Shown in pieces: positions 52,900 to 64,000 of a DNA stretch of 64,000 nt (position 1 is the stretch's first letter; each line of letters opens with the position of its first letter). The notes under the pieces are model-generated. The model did not search any database, was not told the origin of the DNA, and saw only the letters and a program-made list of their open reading frames with translations. The stretch is from assembly GCA_951406725.2 (NCBI GenBank), contig OX597816.1:136090001-136154000 (forward strand). Reading direction: 5' to 3'. The stretch is from Octopus vulgaris. Its lineage: Eukaryota. The translations under genes and the position numbers were made by a program.

Positions 52900-54560
52900 A
52901 CATGATGGAAGAAATACATAGCTTGCTAATTCAAAGGAGCAGGAACTATTGTAGTAGTGATAGATAAGTCAGAGGATAGACAAGGCACTATCCCGCATAT
53001 GTGAATAGTAGTCTAGTAGGAATTGGACTTCTGTCTGGTATGAGTTCAGCAGCTGTTCAAAACTGCAGTAGTTTTTGGCACAGAAGACAAGGCCTAGTCA
53101 ATAACATGCAATTTTGGGTACATTAAATATTATCATCATCATCATCACACACAATTGTCATGAAAGATCATGAGGTACTAGGTGGCACAGTGTCTGTAGT
53201 TTGTTCTTTGGTATGTGTAACTATATTTTAATGACATTGTTAAGGGAAACTGGAAGCATGTGGTTCAGTGTTTGTAGCATGTTGTTAAATGAATCGTTGC
53301 CAAACAAACAACATTCCTTTTGATAAAGTCTAGATAGATTCTATGAGTAGCAGCAACACATCCTGAATGAAGAACTGTCTGGCCCTGAAGAAGAGGGCTA
53401 ATGCTTGTGATGAAGTCTATGTTTTATAGATATATATATATGAGTGAAGGTGAAACCCAGAATTTGCACCAGTTTTTAACAGCTTTAGTTGTATGTGTGT
53501 TATTCAAAATGAAACAAAGCGACATACATCACTATTTCCATGATTGTGATTTTGTATCATTGAAAGGAACTGAGGTGCTATGTCCCCAGTGTAGGATGTT
53601 CTCAAATACTTTGTTCATTGAGGCAATATTTGTTGGTATGAGATGTTTAGTCTGTGCATGGATGACACCTATATACAGAAAGCTAAGGAAGAGTGAAGCA
53701 GCCTGATCTGCTTAGGAGTACATTAGACTTTGCAGGCAGAATGTGGACCAAAGAAAGCTGCATGAGCACATGCTGCAATGGTGTAATCAACAGAAAACTT
53801 TCAATGCAAAGAGAGAAGGAAGAAACATAACTAGGAAATTATGCTCAGTTTCCATGCCATAGTCAAAAGCTTTTCTGATGACATGTGCAAGAACAATGCT
53901 TTAATAGAATTTCTCAATATCAAAGGAACATTGGTGGGTGACAGGAGAGCAAGTTTCCTATAAAACTCACTCTATAGAAGCCATACTAAAGCTCACTGAG
54001 GTGGGAAAGAAAGTAATGTTGGAGGTGTTGCTTCTATTTCCAACGCTGAGATGTTAGAAGTGAGGATGATTAGAATGTACTTGGCAAGGTTGTCTTTCTT
54101 GTGGATGAAAAACACTAGATTTTGCTTATGAAGATCATGATAGATCCTAGTAGAAAGAGAAAAACTGAAGTGCTTGCTGAGAACAGGAACTAGCTTAAAA
54201 GCGCATTATTTGTGGGTGACAGAAAGGACACTTGAGACTGATGATCTTGTTAAGTTGGAGACATTAGATTTTTATGAAGGTGGCAACTGCATATAAACAG
54301 TGATGAGACAAATGACATTGAGAATTAAAGAGTTGAGGAGTTTTGGAAGTTTTGGTAATGAATTAAGAAATGAACTGAACAACAGAAGTGGTGCAGCTTA
54401 CAAATCCTAGTGATGGATAGAAGGATTCTGTAAAGTTGATAGACCAAAAAGCTCTGTTACAACTTGAGTAGAGATAAAACTTGCAGACTGTATAGAGCAC
54501 AAAGGCAACTTTTGCCTTTCCAGTTGGAGTCTGACAAGTGTTGTGGTGGTGGGTGACTTC
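52900..54560 (-). mobile_element. CR1/L2-group LINE RT relic
   Basis: Minus frames give IVLAHVIRKAFD, SMNKVFENILHWG..VPFNDTKSQ and SQALALFFRARQFF (cf. LDISKAFD, FNASKTQ, LGFLFRARKYF). Confidence 0.7.
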
Positions 54561-56829
54561 CTCCAGGTGTTGTAGGCTGTGTTCTTTACCTGTACTGTAA
54601 CTGCTGAATGAGACCCAACTTCAGGCCCAAAATTGTTTCAGAGGGAAACTATGTGTTTATGCTAAACAGCTACATTGAGTGCTTTAATTAGATTTGAAGT
54701 TCCACTCTATGTTTTGCATTAAAGATTAATGCAGAAGATGGGAAGAAATAAAATTCTTTTATAAACTAAAAACTATAACTGGATTCAAACTTTTACATTA
54801 AACAACAATTATTTCCACCTCAAAAAGGAAAAAAAGAAACTATCAGTTGAAATCAATAGAAGAAAATATTGTCACATGAACAAGACCAAAGGAGTTCTAT
54901 ATTGAATACTTTGTCTGATCAGTATTATCAGTTTGTTTATTTGATGTACTTATCTTTCAGCTTGTTTATTACATATTATATTTGATTAAAGAAAAGAAAT
55001 ATAAACTTAAGTGTATGAAATCTGATAAGATTGATCAATCAAACTATTCTATTAACCAATGATATGCTCAGTCCAATGTACTTTCATTTTACAGTAGTAC
55101 TTGAACTATATATAGCCTCATGTATGTGTGTTTCTAACATAAAATGAAAATGTCTTCTAAGCACTAAGAAATTTTTAAGGGCTAGTTGTATTTTAGGTTC
55201 TTGGCAAACAAACAAACATACATGGTAAATCTCCTATGGTTAGCATGTTGGTCTACTGCAAATAACCTTCTAAGATTACTTATTCTTTACAACTAAGCAA
55301 ATTCAAGCAGTATAGAAAAAAAAAAGTGTTCTGCTCTGAAATACACACACACCCGTCTCATCATCATTTAACATCTAAGTTACATGTTAGCATGAGTTGA
55401 ATAGTTCCAATGAGCCAGAGGACTGTGTTGGGCTCCAATATCTGTTTTGACATGGTTTGTACAGCTGGATGCCCTTCTTAATGCCAACCACTTTACAGAG
55501 TGTACTGGGTGATTTTTTCATGGCACTGATGCTAGTGAAGTCATCAAGGAACTCTCAAAACAAGTCTCTTTGAATCAGTGATGGAATAAATAGCAGGTGA
55601 AGGAGCTTTATACCAGATATTGGTAGGCTAATGTATGATGGGACAGGGACAGGTGTATTGCTGTAGAGGAGTTACATGGCTACCACACATTATATAAGTG
55701 TGGATGGCAGTAGCTGGAAAAGGAGATAAATATGGTGATAAGGTATCAATGCATACTCTAAAAGTACAGGTGAATAATAGAGAGAATAAGTACCTCAGGA
55801 AGGCTGCAGTTCAATGACCAAAACCAGTAAAAGATTATATAATTTTACATTCACTTTTCATTCTGGTATGGGTGGGATAACTTGTTGCAATTGGAGTCAG
55901 TACGTATTCAAGGGTACAGCACACTAAGATGGGCAAGGACCTAATCTCACATTTCATTTTTGGCTAGGTTTCTACAGCTTGATGCCCTTCCTCATACCAC
56001 CCGTTTTACAGAATATACTGGGTGCTTCTTTCAAAGCATCAGTAGTAGAGAGGTATCATATCCCTGACAAGAATAAAGGGTCCTCACAACAACACATCTC
56101 TGCTTGCTTATCAGCTTCTTTACAGAGTGAAAAGCATGAATGATAGTGAAGAGAGAAAGTGCAATAAAGGGTGGAATGATAGAAGTAATACATCTCACAT
56201 AGATGTCTACATATCATATAAGAAGGATAAAATAATAACTCTTTAACTAGTTCCAGCTCGAAAGCTGCAGCCATGCTGGGATACCACTGTTAAAGGCAAA
56301 GTTGACCCTGACAGCATTCAAAGTCAGAAAAAATTCCACTAAGCATTTTGCCCAACACTATAACAATTCTGCCAGCTCACTATATTTTATCAAGAGTTAG
56401 TGTGAAAGACTACTCAGATTATATTATTCCTGCTTGAAATTTCAATTTTGGTAGCACAACTGATTCAGTCAATTCCAGTACCTTCTCATACCTGGTAGAT
56501 TACTCAATGCATGTAATTAGAATTCAAAATAGTAAAATCCCAAACAAGAGAAATATACTGTGCCAAAACCAAATTGTTTTCATATGATGGCATTTATAGA
56601 GAGCAATGGATAGAGCTTGTGGACAGTTTTGTTGAACTAGCTAACCAAAGAGTTAACTATAAACTCCTCATGCATAAATTCTCTTTTTTTAAATAATAAA
56701 ATACATAGTAAAGTAGCTAATTAGAAAATCTCTATAATAGATGAAAGCTTTCATCTCTTATAGAAATTTTCTATCTAATTACTTTGCTTGTTGTAAGATC
56801 AGTGACAGATTGTCATTTATTTTTCTATA

Positions 56830-57460
56830 TACGGCAAGCTGGAGTGAACTACTGCTATCTCTAGCAGACAGGTGTCCAGCACTGAGGATGGACAAAAATA
56901 GCTCAAAACCAGACGGTCTGCTGGTCCTGACAAGATGGTAGGGGTTTGCTTCCCTGCTTGCAATATATATCAGGTGCAGATTGCATTGATAACCAGCAGG
57001 AGGAGGCATCCTATTGGGATTAAAAAATGGTAGTAACATTGTTTCATATGTTGAAGTGGCGACAAACATTACTTCTCAAAATACATAGTGGTTACAAAGT
57101 CCTATGGGTTGCAGTTTGGCCGTGACTATTTTAGTATATGGATTCATAAGCTTCTTTTTTAACTGGTTGAAACAGAAAAAGATTCCCTAAGGTACCCTGA
57201 TTTAACAGGTCAGAATCAGTGTTAATCACAGTTCTATTGGGGCTCTGGCTCTGGATAGAGCTAGTGATATACACGTCAGAGAATACTTTAAAATTTTTTT
57301 TTAAATAACAATAAATCCAACTAGGGGCTGGACTAAACATTGCCATTGGCCGGATGTGGCTCATTAGCAATATATTTGACACCCTTTCGATGCACATCTG
57401 ATAGACAACCAGCCATACAACTGAAGAGTCACCTATAGCTTGATAAGCAAAATAAATGGG
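56830..57460 (+). mobile_element. Possible L2/CR1 apurinic-endonuclease relic
   Basis: WSELL, FPACNIY, AGGGILLGLK and PFRCTSDRQPAI in the expected order (cf. GYxxxRxDR, GGGVLL, PTRxxxxQxPSxLD); heavily disrupted. Confidence 0.4.
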
Positions 57461-59951
57461 AGATATCATTACAGCTGTATTTGTTGTTTAGCCTAAGGTC
57501 AGGTCAACCTTGATCAAACAAACCTGTGTGATTTGAGGTAGATTTTGATGCTATTTTTAGCAGGTTAAACTACTACACAGAGGGTCCTTTGTTGACTTGT
57601 TTCAATGTAATTGAATATGCAGTAGTCAACTATTAAGTAAATCAATAAGTTTCTATTAAAAGGGTTATTGAAATTTTTGCCAATTTATAAAATTCTCTTT
57701 CTTAGTAAACTGAACCCAATACAGTGATATATTAAGCACACAAGAATCAAAGACATGAAATATTTTCGCCTATTTCCATTTTTTTTTATCTTAGCACTTC
57801 TGTAGTGTTCTTCAGACCTGAGTGACATTGAACACAAAATAAGATTGACCACTACCAACAACAACAACCACTAGAAGAGAATATGACCAAACTTTACAAT
57901 ACAGAACTATAAGATAGCAATGGATGGCGTGAATGTCACAAACAAATGTCAGTCAGGCAATTTGTGGAAATCATTAAAGTAGTAGTGGTAGTGGTAGTAG
58001 TAGTATAGTGGTGCTGGTAGTGGTAGTTGAAAGAAAACTGAAAATGAAACAAGTATATATACTTTTTTTTTAGATGGAGAAAAAAGACTGGAAACGAGAG
58101 GAATTATTAAATAAATATGACTGCAGCAGGTCAACATAAGAGAACAAGATGAAAATGGTGTACACAAATATTAACTGCCCTTTACAAAACAAACGGGGAT
58201 AAAACACCCACCATAAGTAAATCAATTCTAAACAACAAACAAGATGGTAAGACTTACAGACCAATACAACCGAACCTGCATTTTAATTAATACAAAAATA
58301 AAGAACCAGATAAAACGTCCGGTTCTTCACTTCCTATTTCTGGTATAATAAAATTGTTATCCTAACAAACTAGGGTAAGTTTTTGAGTACTGAAATCTAA
58401 ATGCTTCCCTTCTCCCATCTGAAAGCAGAAGTGGCAGGGGGAGGGAAATTGGGGTTTTTCTCTTTGACATTCTTCTGAATATATTTCGTACCGGTAATAT
58501 TCCATTTCAATATTGCATCCATGTTATTTATGTTCGTGTGTTTCTACGCAACAAGAATGAAATCTACAGAATATGGTATTCAACGAAAAACGATGTTTGT
58601 CTACTTACTTAACTCATGTTAAACTTAAAAGAAACATTGTTTATTCTAAACTTTATTATTTCTTCCTAGCAGCATAAATTACTCTTTGTCTATATTAAAA
58701 TGTGGGCAGTTTTTTTTGTTTGTTTGTTTGTTTTTTGTTGTTGTTGTTTTTTTACAAAAATTGGGTTTTTGTTACAAACTCGTAAAGTTCTCGATCTTGG
58801 ATGAATTAAATTCTCTTTTAAAAGTTGACGTTAAGCAGTTGGCTATCCTTCCTTTTGAAATTTACAAGTACCATTATATAAATGTGGTTTACAGGATTAA
58901 CATTCACAAAGCAATATTCGTTTCAAATATTGCAAGGAGATATTCAGAAGTAATCAGAGCTAGGATTGACTAAAATAACGGTATAGTGAGATCATCTAAG
59001 TGAAATTGGAGCAGTTTCAGTTTGAAGTTCAACAGTTGAATGATGACGAATTGAAATAATTAGGTGTTGATGTGAAATGTGGTCAGACAGTTTACAGTTT
59101 TAAAAGAAAAAACCCAAACATTTGTTATGAGTGCCAGCAGAAAAAAATATTCTTTTGCAAATAATTTTCATTTTCGAGTGACTATTTTATTATAGCAATA
59201 AAAAGGAGTGGCTTGTGTGGTTAACTTATACTTCCCAGAAGTACAAAATTCAGGTGTATATCAGCACAACATAACGAGAAGTTAGTAAAGTTGAAAAGGA
59301 AAAAAGTAATGAGAAATAATAGAAATGTTGTCGAATGCTTTAGAACAGGGATGTGTGCAACAACACGCTGTGTGTAAATCCAAAGTGAATTGCCTTCAAA
59401 CATGGCAATGCTGGCTTGCGGTAGGAGGTTTAGTCAGCTGTACACTAGTAAGTACAACTTTCACTAAACATTTACATTATATTGACATGAGAGAGGGAGA
59501 GTGAAGGGAAGAAAGAGGGTTGGTGGCTGCAATTAAATCTGTGAAACTTGTGAAAGAGGCTGGGTTTCTTTTTCTTTTTTTTTTTTGAGTGGTGGTGGTG
59601 GGTGTTATAGTGAATGGCTTCAGACGTGAGTTAAACTATCAAACTTCTAAGAACATTTCATTATTTTCAATGGAGGCACAATTCTGTCTACTTCACAAAT
59701 AGAGAATTTTTAAATTTATTTATTTATTTATTTTAAGAAAAACTGTTGTGAAGAAGGGCGATGTGTTGTCCTTAACTCTCCCAAATAGAAATTAATAAAA
59801 AGATCTAGGACGTTTCATGAAGTTACCCTCTGTCTATTGCACACATATTTATATATACATACGCATACACCCACACACACATATATGCATACACAACTCA
59901 CACATAAACACATACACTATATATGTATTTATATATATATATATGTTTGTA

Positions 59952-59999
<48 letters not shown>

Positions 60000-60296
60000 C
60001 ACACACACACACATCCATAGAGTGCATTTGTGCGTAGTTAGGGTTGTAAATGCTAGGCCAAATATTAATGTGTGTCATTAGTAAAAGTAGGTGTTGCTGT
60101 TGCAAATAAGGGAAGAGATGCACGAGACGACGGTTCGATATGTCTCAAGGACCACATTATAGACACGAAAATATTTAATCGCCTACAAGAGAATTTCATT
60201 ATAGATGTGAAGCTCTGTGAAATATGTACGAAAATGAGCAGGAAAATATTACTTTCATACTGACATACACATTCTTCAGTTTCATTTCTATCCCAT

Positions 60297-60354
<58 letters not shown>

Positions 60355-60954
60355 GTGTGTGTGTGTGTGTATATATATAGATAGATAGATAGACAGACAT
60401 ATATAGATAGATAGATAGATAGATAGACAGATATATAGATAGATATAGAAAGACAGACAGACAGATAGATAGATAGATTACGCACATACAATCAAGTATA
60501 TGCTCTATCTCTATTTCTTTCTTCGGTGTATATAAAAATTATTTTCGGGAATTTTACAGACATTGAGTTGGAACGTCAAAGAGTTTTTCTTTCTTTTCTT
60601 TGTGTGTGTGATTAGATATATGCTGATATTTCAACATTTAGAATGAACAAGAATATTAAGAAGCGTAGCACTTATTACGGCGTATAGGAAGTATTATACG
60701 ACTTTCTAGAGTATCAAATGGTAACAGCTGTCTCAATTCGTCACTTTCGTGAAAGTGATCAAGTAAATAATCGGCTCTATGTAATAGGAGAGAAGTTGGG
60801 CGAAAGCATGTTGCAAAGAGTGAAACTGTTTCGGATATTAAAGAGGAACAGTTAACTCATTCTATGTTTAAATTATTAAATTATAATGAAAGATATTGAC
60901 ACAAAGGGGCGGAAATGTCAAAAAAATAATAATAATAAAGACAGACAGACAGAC

Positions 60955-61025
<71 letters not shown>
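60297..61025. repeat. (TA)n, (TG)n and (GATA/GACA)n microsatellites at the start of intron 1
   Basis: Tracts at 60297-60477 and 60940-61025. Confidence 0.95.
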
Positions 61026-61227
61026 CAACTAGCTCGACAGACAAGGATGGATCGATGGGTGGATAGAGAGACAGATAAATAGATGGATAGAGAGAGAGAT
61101 GAGTAACTGGCCAGAGAGACTGATAATTGATATACTGATCGTTGACTAGACAGTTCGATAGAAAGACAGAAATAGTCAAGATACATATATATATATACAT
61201 ATACTGTTGGATAGATCGAAATCTTAC

Positions 61228-61307
61228 CGTCCGAGGTTCTGATCTGCTATCTGTTTGACACGTAAAAGATTTTTCCTTAGGTTTTCCTTTTTCCACATTT
61301 TCTGCAT
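61228..61307 (-). CDS. ARHGAP17/44-like: First coding exon of an ARHGAP17/ARHGAP44 (RICH/Nadrin)-family N-BAR RhoGAP
   Basis: MQKMWKKENLRKNLLRVKQIADQNLG+CG, then GTAAG donor at 61227-61223. LRKNLLRVKQIADQNLGR aligns ungapped to MKKQFNRMKQLANQTVGR (8 of 18 identical, recalled sequence), with a phase-2 intron in the Arg codon as I recall for the vertebrate genes. Alternative start ATG at 61298. Confidence 0.75.
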
Positions 61308-62299
61308 CTGTCTGTTGGGATGTCGGCTGATTTAGAGAAACATAATATTGTATGAGTAGAGAGAGCAGGAAGAGGAAGGTCAAGGTGCAGCAGTAAAGAC
61401 TTAATAACTACGGACTGCTGGTGTTCTGCCTCTTCCTACCATGTTTGTCAAAAAATGATCACCGACACCGATTATTGATGATATCAGTTATGATTATACT
61501 GATATGATATCTATGGGATATCTCATTGGATGGTCGGATATAGCATCATGTGATATATTAATGTTGTCAGGAACGATGTAGCAACGGTGGTGAGTAAGCT
61601 ACTTAGATATGTCTGGTGTTAGAGTTATTATCACACAGTGTTCTAAAACTGTTACTGCGGACGACTACTACAACTACTAATATTAGTCGAGCGGCAGAGA
61701 TCTCACTTCCTTTCTCACTTTCAGAGAAATCTATGGAAGACCAGAAGTGAAAATAAAATACACTATTTATACATACTACGATCGATTCAAGCCGCTGTAC
61801 CCTCCTTCAAAACAGTACGTTTCTGTTATGAAATTTTATAACAGCAAAAATATCAAAATCCTGGACTACTCGCTTTCGGAGTTAAGTTTAACATTTGTTT
61901 GTATTATGTGGTGCGCGTGCGCGCGTGAGTGAGAGAACGCGTGTGTGTGTGTGTGTGACTGTGCGCGTGTGAAGGGCTTTCTGAAATGGAATTTACCGGG
62001 TGGCACAAGTTTCTTTTGGGTTCCCTCCCCTCCTGTGCGTGAGTGTTTGTCTTGAGTATATAAGAGAATAAAGTGCGTATGAACGTGTGTATATGCGTAT
62101 GGGTCTTAGTCAAAAACAAAGAATACTCAGCTATTAATATAGTGAAAGTGTAGAGTACATAATATAGTTTAATGCTAAGAATTGATGACCATTACAATAA
62201 ATTGTAACCTCTGATCATTAGTAACCTGTGTGTGTGTGTATATTTTGATTAGATAGGTCTGCAGGAAGGGGCTGTGCCCACAATCTTTGCAAAGCCTCT

Positions 62300-62590
62300 A
62301 AAACTAATGACATTCTTGCCATTAATATCCCATTTAAATTGCTGAAAGTTGACAACTGCAGGAAACATGTGCAGGTTGGAAATTCTAGAGGGAAAACAAT
62401 GTGAGGAAGAAGGATTTGACATACTGGTTAATACTAGAGGGTTGCACTCTATTTAAGCAATGAAAGAAAGAGGAATGAGTGAGCTGAGAGTACTTGAGTC
62501 ACAGTGACACAAGGCCAGCCATCTCTCAGGAGCAAATACCATTGTAGAACTGATTATAAAGGCAGAAAAAGGAGACAGCATGTGTGTTAG
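62300..62590 (-). mobile_element. CR1/L2-group LINE 3' end relic
   Basis: HAVSFFCLYNQFYNGICS*EMAGLV (cf. RRxVASLSLFYRYYxGxCSxELxxLV). Confidence 0.6.
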
Positions 62591-62629
62591 CTTGAGACCA
62601 AAACACGTCAGTGAATGACTTCATGCCAT

Positions 62630-62731
62630 TTCTTCATTTCCCTGAAGAGAAGATTACATTGTTTTACACCATTTTATTCCTTTGGAATAATATCAGTGAT
62701 ATCTCCGAAACATGTGTCAGAAGTAAAAGAA
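62630..62731 (+). ncRNA. Type I hammerhead ribozyme, intact core and decayed stems
   Basis: CTGAAGA 62642-62648; stem II GAAGAT..CATTG / CAGTG..ATCTCC; GAAA 62707-62710; stem III ACA-TG-TGT; GTC ending 62718; imperfect stem I TTCTTCATTTCC / AGAAGTAAAAGAA. Confidence 0.65.
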
Positions 62732-62793
62732 TTTGAACTACATCTGCGTTAAACTCCATTTATTGATTTATATATACATACATACATACATAC

Positions 62794-62844
<51 letters not shown>

Positions 62845-63264
62845 CATACATATATATATATGTACATATATATATATATCATCATTATCATCATCATCAT
62901 CATTTAACGTCCGCTTTCCATGCTAGCATGGGTTGGACGACTTGACTGAGGTCTGGCGAACCAGACTCCAATCTGATCTGGCTGCATTTCTACAGCTGGA
63001 TGCCCTTCCTAACGCCAATCACACCAAGAGTGTAGTGGGTGCTTTTACGTGCCACCGGCACGAGGGCCAGTTTGGTGATACTGGCAACGGCCACACCCAA
63101 ATGGTGCTTTTTACGTGCCACCTTTACAGGAGCCAGTCCAGCAGCACTGGCGACTATAAGATGTTGGTCAAGAAGTGTTTAGCAATCATTGGGTATTTCA
63201 ATTCTGAACCATTACATCCCATAATTGGATCTGCAATGGTGGGCAAATCACTTTCCATCTTTTA

Positions 63265-63506
63265 CTCTATAACTTAACAAGATGCTTTTTCTGCAGTTTC
63301 TCTCACCTTGCATACAACTGTTTTTCTCTTTCTCTTGCCCCTTATTCCAATGGCTCTAAGCATTCTTCATACAGTTTAGTCAGGGAATCCTCTACAGTCA
63401 AGCTCAATTGATAATAGCCATAGCTGTCATCCCCTCACACAGCAATCTTGCAAAAGGTTCTGATACTTGGCATTCTTCCATTCAAATGTTTGACAACACT
63501 CTTCTT
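63265..63506 (-). mobile_element. Hero/NeSL-like REL non-LTR retrotransposon C-terminal relic
   Basis: EECCQTFEWKNAKYQNLLQDCCVRG*QLWLLSIELDCRGFP...MLRAIGIRG...ETAEKASC (cf. ERKxxKYxxL, PVEVGCRGF, EAAERAS). Confidence 0.75.
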
Positions 63507-64000
63507 TGTAAGTGATTGTTAAGCTTGATCAGGATTACCTTTGACTGCTCAGACTACAAAACAATACAACTTGCTCTTTACATCAAATCGACGCTGTCTG
63601 AACAAGTGCACAGTATACCATGTGTCAGATGTCAAAGTGGCAAAATGAGTTTTGTCTGTGAATAGTTATTTGTATATGTACTTTGTAAAAGTTTGTTAAG
63701 TCTGGGTTTGTATTTTTGTGTGAAAGTATTCCCTGTGTTTATCCATGCTCCATCTGTGGTATTCCCTTAACATAGGTAGAGTCGGAAGACCTAGAATTTG
63801 GGGGACTTTTATTTTGCACATATATCTATGTATCCACTCAGTGGAATCTGTCTAGTACTGGGATCTCATATTTGTTGCTGGTGAATGGTCAGTCTATTTC
63901 TTAGTGTAAGCTTTGTTTGACCTATGTAATCTTCATTACATCTTTGATATTTGATAGTGTATATTAAATTCCTTGAAGAACATGTATGCATGTATATATA

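Larger units (their letters stand above)
58190..62100 (-). promoter_or_regulatory. CpG-retaining promoter / 5' region of the minus-strand gene
   Basis: CG dinucleotides are visibly frequent here and recognisable TEs are absent, unlike the CpG-poor remainder. GCGCGTGCGCGCGT tract near 61913-61926. The TSS cannot be determined. Confidence 0.55.

Noticed and set aside
59221-59403. Minus ORF with gccATG as an alternative first exon
   Set aside because: No good phase-2 donor and no recognisable protein similarity.
60868-61442. Type II membrane protein MVGRGRTPAV..LLSLYCCTLTFLFLLSLL with a 1-nt frameshift (171-aa ORF)
   Set aside because: It needs a frameshift, its hydrophobicity comes from CT-rich sequence, and the ORF runs into GATA repeats. 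The other frame matches RICH/ARHGAP17 with the right intron phase.

Overview
AT-rich eukaryotic DNA dense in microsatellites and transposons. The SINE/RTE repertoire points to an Octopus-type cephalopod genome (inference). Almost all ORFs in the supplied track are spurious. The only host coding sequence I can support is a minus-strand first coding exon at 61228-61307 (MQKMWKKENLRKNLLRVKQIADQNLG-R, then GTAAG). It matches the N-terminus of ARHGAP17/ARHGAP44 (RICH/Nadrin N-BAR RhoGAP) and lies in a CpG-retaining, promoter-like zone (~58.2-62.1 kb). I could not find exon 2, so positions 1-61227 look like one very long first intron. The window holds relics of RTE, CR1/L2, R4/Dong-like and Hero LINEs, tRNA-derived SINEs, hAT and TTAA-type MITEs, a Merlin transposase and Helitrons. 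The most interesting signal is a set of type I hammerhead ribozyme motifs from about five unrelated sequence families (5.8, 17.3, 48.5, 48.7, 62.6 kb). They have palindromic stem III, sit between TA/TG microsatellites, and some lie in asymmetric inverted repeats, as in Penelope-like pLTRs or retrozymes. Also notable: a perfect 122-bp inverted duplication with an inverted spacer, a 21-nt templated insertion, reciprocal MITE nesting and two candidate microexons. All calls were made by eye, and edges of degraded elements are approximate.
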